Positions 15,001 to 28,002 are shown, counted from the first letter of the whole stretch. The stretch is DNA of 62,108 bases, filler included, from Choristocarpus tenellus KU-1152 (GCA_964200185.2; 8 parts of 8 records of this genome joined end to end with filler, not necessarily neighbours in it), one strand, 5' to 3'. Numbers and translations: made by a program. The notes: generated by a model from the sequence alone, not told the origin.

Positions 15001-18000
15001 CATAATGTGTTTCAGGGACATCTTGTGCTGTCCTGCTCTTGCCCCCAGCTCTCGATGAGGCCCTTTCAACCATGCTTTCTGCCCTTGACCCGTTCTTATT
15101 TTCAGTAGTCAGAGCAACCTCTTGGTTGTCACCCATAACAATCACATCCCCTGTTGAAGAAGCTGTGGTGGGGGCTATTGCCGAGGCTAGAGGAGTTGTA
15201 GTTGCAGTATGTTCCTTTCCCTTGGCCTGGGTACGCAGAGTGGAAACATCAGTAAGGATATGCATGGTCTTGTGTCAGGGTGTATATACTTTGGAGTATG
15301 AAGACTCGAGGGTGGGTGGGATGGAATAGGGTTCGTGATGCTCAAATGATGGGGTGGTGCCAGGCATAAATGGTTTAAAATGAGTGAAAGCATCTCAGAG
15401 GGTACGAAGTTTGCCCTGTTTGTCCGTTTGGGGCTTGACTTCCGAAGCGTTTTTTTGACGTTTTCCTACTTCGAACTGTTTCGGAGTAGGTAAAATGTAT
15501 ACGTTATGAAAAGTTGGTTCCGGAACTAGGATATTGACTCTTCCTAACAAACACGATAGCCAAAATGACATCAAAATCGGAACATTGGATTTTGGACCCG
15601 AAATTGACGCGGATCTACCCTCTAAGATACTTTGAAGGAATTTTGCAAGTCAGGTGACCTAAAATTCACTGACTTTTAGTACCATGGTCACACCCTTGCT
15701 CTAAACTTTTAATTGATATCAATCTTAAGGCTAGAAGAACTAACCTCAGTCTTTGACTCTCTCTTGGGACTACTTGGCGAAATTACCCTTGTGCCACCTC
15801 TGATGTCATTAATGAGAGAAGATATTGCATTTGTAGCTCTATTGGCTTCCTCCTGGGCTTGGGCATGCTCAGATGCTTCATTTTCATCCTGAAAAATGTA
15901 TGAAGGAAATGAAGGATGTGGTACATGGTGGGGGAGAACAGGGAAGAAGAATGAGGCAGGCGTTGAGGGAAAAGACGTCTCAAATGAGAGACACGTTCAG
16001 CACTACGCAGGGTGCGAGCACTTCCAAGGAAAGTACATACTGTGCAAAACTGAATGTGTTACTCATTTGAATTAGTGAGAGTAAATGTTTGAGATCAGAA
16101 TAAGGTAGTGCTCTAATCAGAACCTTCTCTCTAAAACAATTGCTCAATTAAATGTTTGTACTTGTGGATCCCATTTGGATGTTCAAGAAATGTGCCACAC
16201 AAACATTCTGTGCCCTGTACGAGAAATCTACAGTGCTTGTGAGCTCTATAGCTTTCTAATTCCCAAATATACGTAGGTTAGCAAGGTTTTACTCAAACTT
16301 GAACATTGATTGATTTGACAAATATCACAATATAACCCTGAGAATCAGGTGCACTTCACCTCTAGATGTCGGACATATGCTAAGCGATTGGCCTCTATCT
16401 CAGTCTCAAAAAGGCTTGGCCCCCCATTCCCTCCCCCTATTCCGCTCCACAGTCCCTGTGAACCTGTATCTCCCTTATTCCCTCCAGGGGTCCTCCCCCG
16501 ACTGTCTCTATTTGCCATGCTGTCGACCTGACTAGTTAAGGGCTTTGATCTTCCCCCTTCTCCAACATTGGTGGATGCAAGTATAGCTGAAGATGAAGCT
16601 ACTGGAACTGGAGTGGAGGAAGGTGTTCCAAAACTTGCATGAATGGACTGGCGTGTGGGGGTGCGCTGGTTGGCACTGCTAACCCGTGTGCGACCAGGAA
16701 CTAGGGCAACAGCTGTGGAGGCCGAAGGGGGTGGAGGGATGTCTTCTTCTCGGGGAGGGTGTAGAGAAGGGTCTATTGTAACCAAAGCCTGGCGAGCATC
16801 ACTAAGGAGGATGGGCCATGTCACCTACCATGCAGGTAGGGTACAGGACATAGGGCTCGATATGTTACATGTGCTCTGGGTAGGAAAATGATTGGTTGAG
16901 TGGTTGGTTGGTGAGGTATGTGAATTGCGGACAACAAACTCTCATATTGTAAGCGCAAGACCATGGACACTGGTGTGTACTAAAAACACTACGGCAATTG
17001 ACTCCATGATCCTCTCTCTTATGGAAACACATGAACATCACAAGGCAAGGGGAGACTTGGGAGTATCCTTGAACGAAATATGTGTAAAGAGAAGAAATAA
17101 GAGGAGTATAGGCTTGACTATTCAGCCTTACAATGATGTGCTCTGTTGGCTGCAATTGTGTGTGTCCGTTTTTTTGTCATATCCCCCCCCTACCCATTGT
17201 TGTGCTTGATATTTTGATGGTATGGTGAATACTAACATTATAATTGAAACATACAACTGTTAAGAACACGAGAACGGGATCACTTTGTACTAGTATTCGA
17301 GGATGTTTTAAGGCTAATGGTTGATAACATTATTGATAGATGACATTGATGAGGAATCAGTGTCCTTGTTGGTAGTAAGACGATCAGGGATTGATGGGGA
17401 TATGTTGAAAGCTGCAATGGAATGTATCAGTGATCTACCTCTCCAGGCTTGTGTGTGAGGGGACGGTTCCATGGTGTCATGCTGAAATCCCGTGGGAGCA
17501 TGACCGTAACTGAAGCATACACCCCTTGCCCATAGACCGGCACCTGGCAAGGACACAACACAGAGTTTCATCATGATATTCCACGTTGTGTATCAACCAT
17601 CATGCTGGTGAGGCTATGTTGCACATATAATTGTATCTTCGCAGCATGGGTGTGTGGCCCCCACATCATTTTTCAAAGGCTGAGGTAAAACTCTCTTTGC
17701 ATGAGTTGGACCACCTTAGCTCTCTGTTTATATGGAGTCCGAAACATTTTTCATACCAAATAAACAAATTCTACAGAAATAGAGTTATAAGCCCAACCCA
17801 CCTCAACCGGGTCAAAGTGCCCAGCCTCAATTACTAGGATCTCCCGGATAGTTTCTGGTAGCCCTGGCCGGAAGCGCACCTAGAATATATGATGGTAGAG
17901 ACAATGATGGGGGATAAGCAGGGGATGTAGTTGTTAACATAGGCTAGGTGCTTCTGGTGTTGTTAGAAGAGGATGAGGTGGAGGTTCTAGGGCAGAACAC

Positions 18001-20697
18001 AGGACTGGGGCAGAATAATGGCAGATGAGGCAAGGAAAGGAGATACAGACTCAAAGAAAGAAATACCTGGAAGAGTAGTGAGAATAACGAATATCAGGGT
18101 CTGGACTCAGAACATGAGAGACATTCTGCGCATTCACTATTTTCCTAATCCCCCTGAAGCTTCAACCCCCTCCCTGCCAACAGTGCCAAGAGATCCCTAT
18201 CACTCTACGTTTGGATCAATCGCTGTGTCTCACCATAATTCTAGTCTTGTTGCTGTCTTTTTTTCTTTCTTCTGATGCAGGCACTATTCCTGTCGATGGG
18301 TGCACTTCAATGGTCTTGGTCCTAGTAACCTGGAGTTAGGTTCATCACATCTAGAGTGAGCTGGGTAAGGCATGACAAAACCCATGAAACCATTTTTCTC
18401 TAGTAACTCTATTGCAGCTAAACACTTGACTTCAGATATGTTCACTTCTATTTTTTATTTTTCACTTGAAATTTTACACTTGGAATGCTTTTTGATAAAA
18501 CTAAAGTTCTGTCCAATTCTGTCCAATTCTATCCCTAGAGTAATATGCAAAATTTATGTTATGTATAACTGCTGAAATTGTAGTGACTGGCAGCGGGGAT
18601 ACAAGTGCAGACAGAATGCTTCGAAAGGCCGGAGTAAAACATTTTCTATGACTCTGCAGTTGTTGGAATGAACGCCTTCCATGAAATCGCCCTATACTTT
18701 TGCAAAATTTCTATGATTATACCCTTGTGATTTGCCTGCTACAAAAGTTGAACAATATAACTTCAATTAATCGCCTTAACTGCTTCATTGTGAATACAAT
18801 ATTGTGCATTTGGTGAGGAGAGAAAAGGTACCCTCAGCTGAATATTTAGTTGCTTGATCCAACACTGCAGCTCATAACCTCAGTCCAGGTGATAATCGAG
18901 TGTAAACTGCATGGTAAAATGTATCCGAACTGTAGCAGGAACTATATCACCATAGTTCTTGCAGATGTCTTGGGTGGCTGAATGAGTTCGTCCAGGATGA
19001 GTTGAAGTGGGGACACATTATTACAAGGCGTGTCTTGATTACTTACAAGGGTTGAATTGGGTAAATCTTACAAAACATGTTTTGATTACAAGGGTTGTCC
19101 TGATATGATGTGTTGATTTTATAAGCGGCATCTGGAGCAATTTGGAGAGCCAGAGGTAGGGTTGATAGAGATCAAATTGCTTGGGTCGCAAATTTGTCAC
19201 TCTTGACTGACCTTGTGAAGTAGGACCTTGAAGGGAAAGGCCACCTTGCCTGTGTTGAAGATTACAAGTTCACGCTCCTCAAACCTACTGTGCATCACCC
19301 GACCAAAGTCGATAGTTGACCGGTCCAGCCTTCAAGACATGACAACGATGTGTGAGAAAAAACGTACACACAATGAGAAAAAATATATAGTGGAGATCGA
19401 TTCTCACAAGGAAAGCAAAGGAAAAGGTTAGCACCACATTTTTCTGGCCTCCTCAATTACATCACTTTGTGTTTTTTACTCCAGCAGGGAACTTATTTTT
19501 GTTAAAGAGGTGAACAACATGGAGCATCTCAAAATACCCTATAAGAAAGCTGGTTATCTTGGTACTGAGGAATGAAGCGCTTTCAGAGATAATGACAGCA
19601 ATGAGTACCGAGCTCCTATATATATATATATATATATATATAGTTTGTGCTTAGGGGAGGAGGGCCTAGCAATAGGCAGAGGCTAAATCTGGAGTTAAAA
19701 GGGAAATGTAATACCTGAATCCGACATTGCTAGCTTCTCCCATTAGGTCAATAACATAGGTTGGTCCCCCCTTCACTTCACACATGCACTTAGCGGAAAA
19801 ACGACGATTAGCATGACCATAGTATGCGAACTCAACGTCCTCTGATTCTCCTGGGCGGAGAAAAGACCTGATTGGTAGGATGTCAAACACCTGCAGTCTT
19901 GGAATAAGAGCAATACGGATGTCCATATAGGTGGGAAAGTAGCAAGAGCATTAGGGGTTGCAAAAGATGCACAAATCTGAACAATGGGAGTCAAAGTACC
20001 TAGAGGGTAGAGCCGCATCCATTTGGGGATCAAAATCCGGTGTTGCAATTTAGATGTAATTTCGGCTATCATGTTGGTTAGGAGATGTCAATACCCTTGT
20101 TCCAAACACAATGTTTCATAACGTATAGATGTTACCTACTCCGAAACATTTCGGAGTAGGTGACATCTCATTAAAAACCCGTGGGAAGTCAAGCCCCAAA
20201 CGGACAAACATAGAAAAACTCGTACCCTAACCCTAAGATACTTTCACTCATGGGCGATGTTAATGTCTTGCTCCTCTGTGAGGACACACATACTTCTCTC
20301 TCATCTGGTAATGAATGGAGGGAGAGGCTGGAATAAAAGAGACATTTTGTGTGTTTTCATCCAAAATTCTCCTCCTTGCTATGTCCTAAAACCTCAGCCC
20401 AACTGAATTACTTTTCAAAGCCTTACTTCTCTCAGGCAAACAAAAACCATCATCTCAAGAACCTAAGGGATATTTTGATGCTCCTCAAGAGACAGGGATT
20501 TGTAAGGAAATTGACAACTAGTTTGTACAGCATGCCTGATTGGAGGGTATATATGGCCGGCCAACTGTTGCACTCTGCTTGCCCTCTGCCTGGTCCTCAA
20601 TGAAGGACCACCAATAAGGACAGTCGACAACAGAGTTGTTTGTAACTGTGATGGCCTTGGTCATTGTTGTATCATTAAGAACACAACCAAAGTTCAC
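53..20697 (-). CDS. HYDIN: HYDIN (axonemal central-pair protein), partial multi-exon gene truncated at both contig ends
   Basis: About 20 GT-AG exons give ASH/Ig-like repeat motifs in the expected order: VNFGCVLNDTT (from 20697), VFDILPIRSFLRPGESEDVEFAYYGHANRRFSAKCMCEVKGGPTY (19890-19715), DFGNVVVGFTKKKVFRIVNTG, VELGPVLP...EVFSLDFDK/AYLQEEAIL, YEFGPLL, FRISNNGRFP, SDNPHPVLFPISCSG, LDFDRLLLGR, LEFGRCKVG (339-53). The span includes introns and not all boundaries were resolved. Confidence 0.93.
3378..3635 (-). mobile_element. MITE family A, full copy in HYDIN intron
   Basis: 23 bp TIRs GAGYGAAAGTATCTTAGAGGGTA...TACCCTCTAAGATACTTTCACTC; 4 bp TSD TCCA. Confidence 0.9.
6268..6425 (+). mobile_element. 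MITE family A, internally deleted copy
   Basis: Both TIRs present, ~100 bp missing internally; flanks GGAT/GGAA. Confidence 0.85.
10076..10329 (+). mobile_element. MITE family A, full copy
   Basis: TIRs and body match other copies; flanked by TTA/TTA. Confidence 0.88.
11424..12035 (-). CDS. HYDIN: HYDIN exon with P-loop of the adenylate-kinase-like domain
   Basis: LIVIGPILSGKSTLA motif. The domain continues in the exon at ~9723-9990 (VLRWRLSQHDCSHGVVLDD). AG acceptor and GT donor present. Confidence 0.85.
15382..15635 (+). mobile_element. MITE family A, near-full copy
   Basis: Left TIR nearly intact, last few bases of right TIR degenerate. Confidence 0.88.
19715..19890 (-). CDS. HYDIN: HYDIN exon (ASH repeat)
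   Basis: CAG acceptor and GTATT donor; VFDILPIRSFLRPGESEDVEFAYYGHAN...CEVKGGPTY resembles animal HYDIN. Confidence 0.9.
19988..20249 (-). mobile_element. MITE family A, full copy
   Basis: TIRs present; perfect 4 bp TSD ATGG. Confidence 0.9.
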
Positions 20698-20853
20698 CTA
20701 CAGGAGGAGTTATGAGCCAAGGGCAATGTGCCCAGAATCGAACGGGTTTGGTTAGATTGTTATGAAAAAAATTCAGCTAGAGAGGCACAGACTAGAGATG
20801 TGTTCGATATCAGAAAGAATGAATGGGTACTATTGCTTACCTCCAAAGTTAGA

Positions 20854-21026
20854 GACTCAAGGTATCTGGGTGGGGTGGCGGCTGTCCACTCAGGGCCCAT
20901 TTTGCCATGTCACGATTTTTGGGCTATTTGGTTGCATGAGTCGGATCAATAATATAAGTTCACTTCTCCTAGTCAGGGCCCAAATGGACACCCTGATGTA
21001 GATCCCCCCCCCCCCCCCCCCCCCCC
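20854..21026 (+). mobile_element. MITE family B at contig end
   Basis: GACTCAAGGTATCTGGGTGGGGTGGCGGCTGTCC...CCAAATGGACACCCTG + poly-C. Confidence 0.8.
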
Positions 21027-21081
21027 TCTTTTTAGTACCATTTTCACCAAAAAAAAAAAAAAAAATTTTAAAACAAAACAC

Positions 21082-21181
21082 NNNNNNNNNNNNNNNNNNN
21101 NNNNNNNNNNNNNNNNNNNNNNNNNTTAATTAATTAANNNNNNNNNNNNNNNNNNNNNNNNNNNNNNNNNNNNNNNNNNNN
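21082..21181. other. Artificial contig spacer (also 30987-31086, 33840-33939, 38487-38586, 47879-47978, 53733-53832, 57259-57358)
   Basis: Identical 100-nt N blocks with a central TTAATTAATTAA, which gives stops in all six frames. Confidence 0.97.
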
Positions 21182-21341
21182 GGGGGGTACACCAGGGTGT
21201 CCATTTGGACCATAACTAAGCAAAGTGCACTTACATTATTCATCCGAACCATGCAACCAAATCACCCAAAAAATGCAACACAAAAAAATTGGCCCGAAAT
21301 GGACAGCCGCCACCTCCCCCCCCAAATATATACTTTGAGCC
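21182..21341 (-). mobile_element. MITE family B at contig start
   Basis: Reverse complement of the family B body, ending TACTTTGAGCC. Confidence 0.8.
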
Positions 21342-21784
21342 AATGTGATGAAAAAGACTTGTATTATTTGATTATTTCAGATATGTAAAATAAATGTTCA
21401 AGTTATGTCACTCACCTGAGGCGTACTGTTTAGTTAGTGCAGTGTCTGGAGAGACACGAGGAAGACAAATGTAAGCTAACCAAGAGAAAACAACGCACAA
21501 TGTATCACTCTACCTTAAGCTCATATAAATGGAGGACCTCCAACCAGAAGAGGTGGTAAGAACACTGTTATGCAAGGTACTTAGTTTGTCTCCACCATCA
21601 CAATGATTTCCTGCGACAAAGCCTTCCACTCTCGGGTGTATCAAAGTCGACCCCGTAAGAGCATAGCACCACAGTTTTATCAACTACACCTCCAGAGAGG
21701 TGGTTGAACTTGGCGGTGGCTGTATTGCCAACAGAGGAGAACGAGCATTTAAATGCAGCTGAAGGGACATGTGGCACAACTTAC

Positions 21785-21930
21785 TCAACTCTCCAGAAAC
21801 GTCCTCCTTCGACTTCCCCCTTTGAGGGGACCACCAAGCTCCTCCACTCGTCTGTATCCGCTGGCTGAATGACGTAGTATTCCTCCAGCTGGTGTTCCAG
21901 TTCATCCTCGTATGTGATTTCCAACTGTGC
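21785..21930 (-). CDS. Putative isolated exon, unknown protein
   Basis: TAG acceptor, open frame AQLEITYEDELEHQLEEYYVIQPADTDEWRSLVVPSKGEVEGGRFWRV, GTAAGT donor. Neighbouring exons not resolved. Confidence 0.35.
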
Positions 21931-22028
21931 CTATTGTGGAACTTTTCTCAGTCCCATCTCCAAAGGAGGGCACCTCATCACCCCACCAGTGCATGTAACA
22001 TCTTGGTCGCCTACTTGAGCACAGCTTA

Positions 22029-22245
22029 GAGCCAAAGCAAACCAGAGGTACCCAGGTTTTGTCCATTTTTCATTTTGAGTCTGTTTTTCAATCTTTTCCA
22101 ATTCACCCATATTTCGATGGATGAAGCTCTAATACCTTAGCATTAGATAGTATCCTATACACGTTTGTAAAGTGAGCCGAATTTTGCACATATTTGTCAG
22201 CGTCCTTAAATTGCAACTCTGGATACCTATCGTTTACTGCAACTC
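22029..22245 (+). mobile_element. MITE family C
   Basis: GAGCCAAAGCAAAC...GTTTACTGCAACTC termini, TTA on both flanks; inverted homologue at 24527-24773. Confidence 0.7.
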
Positions 22246-22389
22246 TTAGTCAGTCATGCTGAAGTGCTGGATGCTTTCGTCATCAGATAAGGAGGCCTCT
22301 CCCCCCTCGATGCTGCATTTCTCCACAACAAAACATTAAGCCCTCAGCTTGATTTGTCTACCAGCATATATTAAAGAAGTTCCAAACTA

Positions 22390-22640
22390 TCACCGTTTTT
22401 CTACCGCCAAAGAGTTAAATGAAGTCTGCAAACTGCTGTGTAAATACTCCAATCATAAATCTTTATTCTGCAACTTCCAGGAATTGACATATATTCTGCA
22501 AGATTATGTATGCATTTCGAATCTTACTCTGCACCTTCTATCAATTCAAAGTTCCTCTTATATGAATTCTCACGTATGTATACTGTTCGCGCATTTTGGC
22601 ACGCAGAAAGAAATGCTCGCGCTATTCGCCCGTAACATGA
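22390..22640 (-). repeat. Dispersed repeat family D
   Basis: Reverse-complement similarity to 30640-30950 (TGTCAATTCCTGGAAGTTGCAGAATAAAGATTTATGATTG; TGTTACRGGCGAATAGCGCGAGCATTTC). Confidence 0.75.
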
Positions 22641-22918
22641 CCGCCTGATTTTTATGTCCTGCCCACTTAGAACTCTCATCAACTAAACCCACAACAAAAC
22701 CTCAAACCAAACCTACCCGTTTATTCCGCCCATGTGTTCTTAGCTCTTGGGCACAACAGTTCCCCTGCAGCAAAAACCCCCACGGAAGTTTGAAGATGGA
22801 CCAAAAACTGCCCATTTGATCCAATTTTCTATAATATCATGTCAAATCAGTGTTTTTTTGGCCAATACTATATCAAATATCAAATCTCTCCCTAAAATGT
22901 ATTTGAGACCCATCACTA

Positions 22919-23175
22919 GAGACAGGGTATCTTAGAGGGAAGAGCCGCGTCCGTTTGGGGGCCAAAATCGAATGTTGCGATTTCGATGAAATTTTGAATA
23001 TCGTGTTTGTTAGGAAGTGTCAATATCCTTGCTCTGAATACATATTTTCATAATGTATACATACTACCTACCCTGAAACATTTCGGAGTAGGTAATCGTG
23101 ATAAAAAGTCCGTGGGAAGCCAAGTCCCAATAGACAAACAAGGCAAAATTCGTACTCTCTAAGATACTTTCACTC
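22919..23175 (-). mobile_element. MITE family A, full copy
   Basis: TIRs present; perfect 4 bp TSD ACTA. Confidence 0.9.
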
Positions 23176-24526
23176 ACTAGTTATGCATGCCAAGAGTACT
23201 GAAAAAGAGCTGTATTAACCTATGAACAATCAAACTTTGCTCTTCGTAGTCAACCCCCCAGCCACGCATTCTTCATTTTTGGTTATTGAGCAAAACATGA
23301 GCAATGCATAATACATCCCAGATGTTGGAGAAGAACATGCTTCTGGGCATGGAGAAGGAGCATTAAACAAGAGTGTAAATTAAGATCTCCTGGCTCTGGC
23401 GGGGTTCCTCACCAGTCGAGGGGCCTTTTGTCTCATGGTGCTACAGGTCACTCGAGACTATAAACAATTCGCATGCCTCACTTCATGTCCTGACATGTGA
23501 ACGGATTTTTTTTTTTGTACTTTTTCGGATCACAACGTTAGTGCTATTGCTCTTGACCCAAATGCCAGAGTTTTGGTTGCAAGGTCTTGCCCACTGGCTT
23601 GGGTCTAGTCAGTAAGTAGTTCAATAAGGGACCACAGGTAACACAGGTCAGATCACATATTGAGTGTCGTAATACGAGGTCTCTTGTCCTCCTGTATTGT
23701 CGCACGCTACCACAGTAAGAAAAGTCGGAATATGGGATATGGAGTGTGTATGGGCAACAGACAGCCTCCTCTCACATACCACCATGTTCTTAGGTTCCAC
23801 AGTTGCTGCAGTCACTGAGATCGCAACACACACATCTCACAATGATCCACATTTGGTGTCCAGGTCCAAGTCCCATCTGGGCTAGGGCATAGTGCCAGGT
23901 GCAACCTGAATCTCAGGCAAGCATCTTTTGGGCTCGGGTTAAGAGCCACATGAACTACAGTTTTGGACCCTCAGACCTGAACCTATCCTGTATCTGTTGG
24001 TCTGCGGTGTGAAGCACCTGGGACAAGCCCTGGACACAACACGCTGTGGGTCTCTCTGTTGTTACCCAGGAAAGGTACACATGCGCATGTACCTTCACAG
24101 GTTATGGTGGTGGACATGTAACACAAATTCAACTCAGAGTCATAATTTTGTCGAAAGTGGTGACATCTTGAGCAAGCAGGTTGAACATACAGAGCAGAGT
24201 ACTGTCTACACGGGTCAAGAAGAAGACATAAGGGACACAGCATATCATATACTCGCAAGAGAGTCAAAGAGACTACATCATATCAGTATAGATTAAATGT
24301 GTGTACAGTTACACAATGCGACTTCGAGTACATACTGTGAGTTCTGGATATCATTATGCTTTGAAGGGGGACTTGTCATTGACAAATAAATGCAACAACA
24401 GATTGAGATAGATGCTGTAGAGATTGCAGAGTACATGCATCCTATTGTCACATGCATACTATCGCATTCTTCTGTTACTGTTTGCACTGCAAATGCTCCA
24501 ATCCTCCACCTTTTCATTACAGTAAA

Positions 24527-24773
24527 CTGTCAAAGTAAACGATAGGTACCCAGAGTTGAATATTAAGGATGATTACAAATATATGCAAAATTCGGCTTTT
24601 TTTTACAAATGTGTACAGAAAAAATAATGATATCAAAACAACAGAGAAATCAACCCTCTAAAGTCAAACTTAGCGGTTCATCCACATAGATACCAGTGAA
24701 GTGCAACAGATTGAAAAACTGACTTGAAATGCAAAACGGACAAAACCCGGGTACCTTTCATTTATTTTGAATC
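24527..24773 (-). mobile_element. MITE family C, second copy (inverted)
   Basis: GTCAAAGTAAACGATAGGTACCCAGAGTTG...GGACAAAACCCGGGTACC is the reverse complement of the 22029 copy. Confidence 0.65.
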
Positions 24774-25642
24774 CTTGAACAACACTATTATTGTCCTTCC
24801 AAAAAACAAATACAATTCCTATGATGGCTACGTAGTGACCCGACCCAGAGTCAGCAAATTCTGCTGAACCTATTGTTACATGTGGTGAAGTAGAAGCTTG
24901 ATTCCCGTGGGAAGAGCTCCATTAAGTGCTCCATACAAATTCTTCTAGTTGTACAGCCACCTTTTCACTCGTGTCGAACCTCTCCATACCATGCTATGTT
25001 GGTAGATTGGAAACGCCACAAAGGGTTGCATGCCCTAACATACCAGACAGAAGGCCCATCCCTCTCTTATCTACAAAATAATTAATTGCTCCTAAGGTAT
25101 CAACATCTAATTACTGGGTACAGCTGGGCCTACAAAACATGTACTTCCTGTTTGAAAAAAAAGGAAGGTATTCCCTGACTTAACAAACAGTAGTATTTGG
25201 TTGAACCAACCATAATACTCTGAAGGACAGGTGTTATTTTCATTGAAACAAATACTAGAAACAAAAAAGAATTACAAAAATGATTACTATAGATGATTTT
25301 AAAAAGGTACGTCAGATATTCTACCCTGTATCCGATTTCCAGAGGTAAGAAAAGATCCAGCACCTGCGATGAACCCTAGCCTTGCTTTGGCTGCCCATCC
25401 CAAGTTCTTCAAGGGGAAATAGTATTTCGCCGGCAGCCACAAATCCTGCCATTGAGGTAAGAATGACATTTTTCCTACACTATCAACTCTCTATCCTGCC
25501 GTGTCCTACCTCATGACCCCTAGAGAATCCAATGTAACGTTAAGTTTCCTCTCAGTCTTCTCCCACCTGATCGAGATGTATAGGAGTGACCCATGAAATC
25601 CAGCAATATCAACATCAAAATTAAAAAGCGTTCCAACCCCTT

Positions 25643-28002
25643 TCACTTTGCATGCACCTTTCTGGTCCACAGCCTCCCAGACTCTATTGATCTCAAAATA
25701 TCCTCGTCTGAAGGTAGCAAGGGCACCTGTAAAGGACATTGCACCATTTCAGCACTGGGTGTTGCTCTGGCATTGATTTCCCTCCTCTCACTGACACTGG
25801 TGTTTGGACTGCCGTCCAAGGTAGTGAGGTTAATAACTCCACTGCCTCCACCACTAACACCGATAGTATTGCTCAAACAGGTAGTCATGCTTGGGTGAGC
25901 ACTGTGACCACCTTCCCTGTTCATCACTGGGCCTGTAACTAGGTTAGGCATTCGGCCGTTCCGTTTACCGTCAAATAGGTCCATGTCACGGATGCCCACA
26001 GACGTTTTCTCCTTGTCCACAAGGTTGTAGTTTGTTGTTTGGAAAGTGCTGGTATTGCTTGTGAGGTGCTGCTTTGGATAACTAGAGCTGCAAACACTCG
26101 TGGTAGTGTATCCGCTGTGTCGATTAGGAGAAAAGGACAGGGTGCCATGACATCCTTCACCAACGTCCAGAGAATCAAGATATCCGCATGGAATCATGTT
26201 TCGAGCAACTCTTAACAAACTATCTCGGTCATTGACCAGGAGGATTTGACCCTTTGAGCCTGCTGCCTGTTGAGGAACTATGAGGTGGTGCTTTGAGTAG
26301 TTCAACACCCGTGGAGAAGAAAGCACCACCTCATCCCCATCTCTGATTGTTGATGTTTTCCGGATATCTTCCAAAGCTTTTGCCTGGGTAGTACTGCGGC
26401 TAAATATCGTGGACTGCCTCACCCCAGCTTCACCCTGCCTTGGGTCCTCCGATATCTTCCTGTTATTTTGTCGACGCTGTAGGACAAGTATCATTTCTGG
26501 CACTTTCCCCTGAGGGTATGCCGACAAACGTTATGCAAGGGGAAAATGAATGGGGGGTGGGTGGCCAGCAAAGTGATAGTAGCAACTGCGGGGAACTACA
26601 CTATGACCCTCTTGATGCAAGAGCGAAAGTGAAGATACACATCAACTTTTCTACTCGCACTAGCGACAAATTTCATTATGCTTAGCACAAACCTGCAGCG
26701 AGTAGTTGAAGAAGATGCATGGCTGGTAAATTCCATGTTGCCCCACGGGTCAAGAAGAAGATCAGAGGGAGACGGAACGTGTTGTTGTGGGGATAGAGGT
26801 CAGACGTTGAGGCCTTAGGAGGAATATTTACAACCTCTATTTTGGGGAGGAGACTGGGGCAAGCATTTTCATGATTATATAATGTCTCAACGGGATGGTG
26901 AATAGTTCAGGAAGAGCACACACTACACGAACCAATTTGGTATTTGTCCCAGTAAAAGGATAACAAATGAGACTGGCGAATGAGAGGTGCAGAATGCATG
27001 TTGCGCCATCAGATCTCAGCGATCACCAATCTTACTAGGTCAAATGGACGGGTAGGATATAAATGCATGCGAGAGCCTAAACACATAGTCTGGGAATACT
27101 TTGTGTGGCTTGGATGAGCATAGTGTGCGCGATATTTTTAGTGCTCTTCTACATCATCCATAGTGGCGAAGAAAAACAGGGTCGTCGAAAATGGTTAAGG
27201 CCGGTGCACATGGTGAGTAATAAGAGCAGAGGTTAGGAAAGCACTGACATCAAGTACCAGTTGACCAATACCATAGGTTCATGTGAGTGGTCAGGTGGAG
27301 GTCAATTTTCAAACGAGATATTCTCTTTGCTGTTAGACTGTAAACATTCTTGACAAACCTTGAGCCAGCCCTTTCCTACAATCTTCCGAAAACCGAAATA
27401 GGAAAGCTGTCTGTGAAACGAGGTGATCTTGGAGTGCTTGAAGTACCGTGGGAGCAGTTTCGAGGCGAGACTAACGGGATCACGCACTATCAAGTTTCCT
27501 GTCCAGGGGGACAATCGAGAAAGCAAAGAAGGTTGGCAGAATGGAACGTCTCAAATATAAGGGTTGACATTTTGTCCTTCTATCGTTCTGTCCAACACCA
27601 ACATACGATGCAACAATATTTGTAAAGAAAGCGAGAAAGAAGGGCATCTTCCAAGGATCATGAAGCACAAAACTCAGAAATCAGTTTCTCGTTGTTGTGA
27701 CGATGACCTCGTCTTGTGATTTCTAGTAGTTGTCTCATAGCTATATATGGGAGATCTTTTAAAAATCAAAACACCTCACCATCGTGGTAGAAGATGGCAC
27801 TCTGATCCTTCGAAGTCACCATACTCAACAGACTTGACAGGAAGGAAGACCTGACCACTGGGTTAGACTTAACGACAAGTGAGGATTGTCCACTGGTGCA
27901 AGCAAACCCCTGCAGTTTTTGTAGAGTTTTTTTCGCGTCTGTGAGGATTATATTGGATAAGGGAGTGGTACAGCAAGTTGTGGTAGACAACACTCGATTC
28001 AT
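25643..28002 (-). CDS. HSF-type DNA-binding domain protein (heat shock factor family), spliced
   Basis: Exon 28002-27780 (...SFLSSLLSMVTSKDQSAIFYHD) joins in phase with exon 27498-27359 (GNLIVRDPVSLASKLLPRYFKHSKITSFHRQLSYFGFRKIVGKGWLK), an HSF signature. Probable last exon 26509-25643 starts GKVPEMILVLQRR. An intervening exon is unresolved. Confidence 0.8.

Noticed and set aside
19617-19642. (TA)n microsatellite, also at ~11323 and ~10997
   Set aside because: Ordinary intronic simple repeats.
21126-21137. Palindrome TTAATTAATTAA repeated seven times in the window
   Set aside because: Always centred in identical 100-nt N blocks; an artificial six-frame-stop linker, not biology.
20854-21341. 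One large inverted-repeat element spanning the spacer
   Set aside because: Two separate MITE-B copies on different contigs joined artificially.
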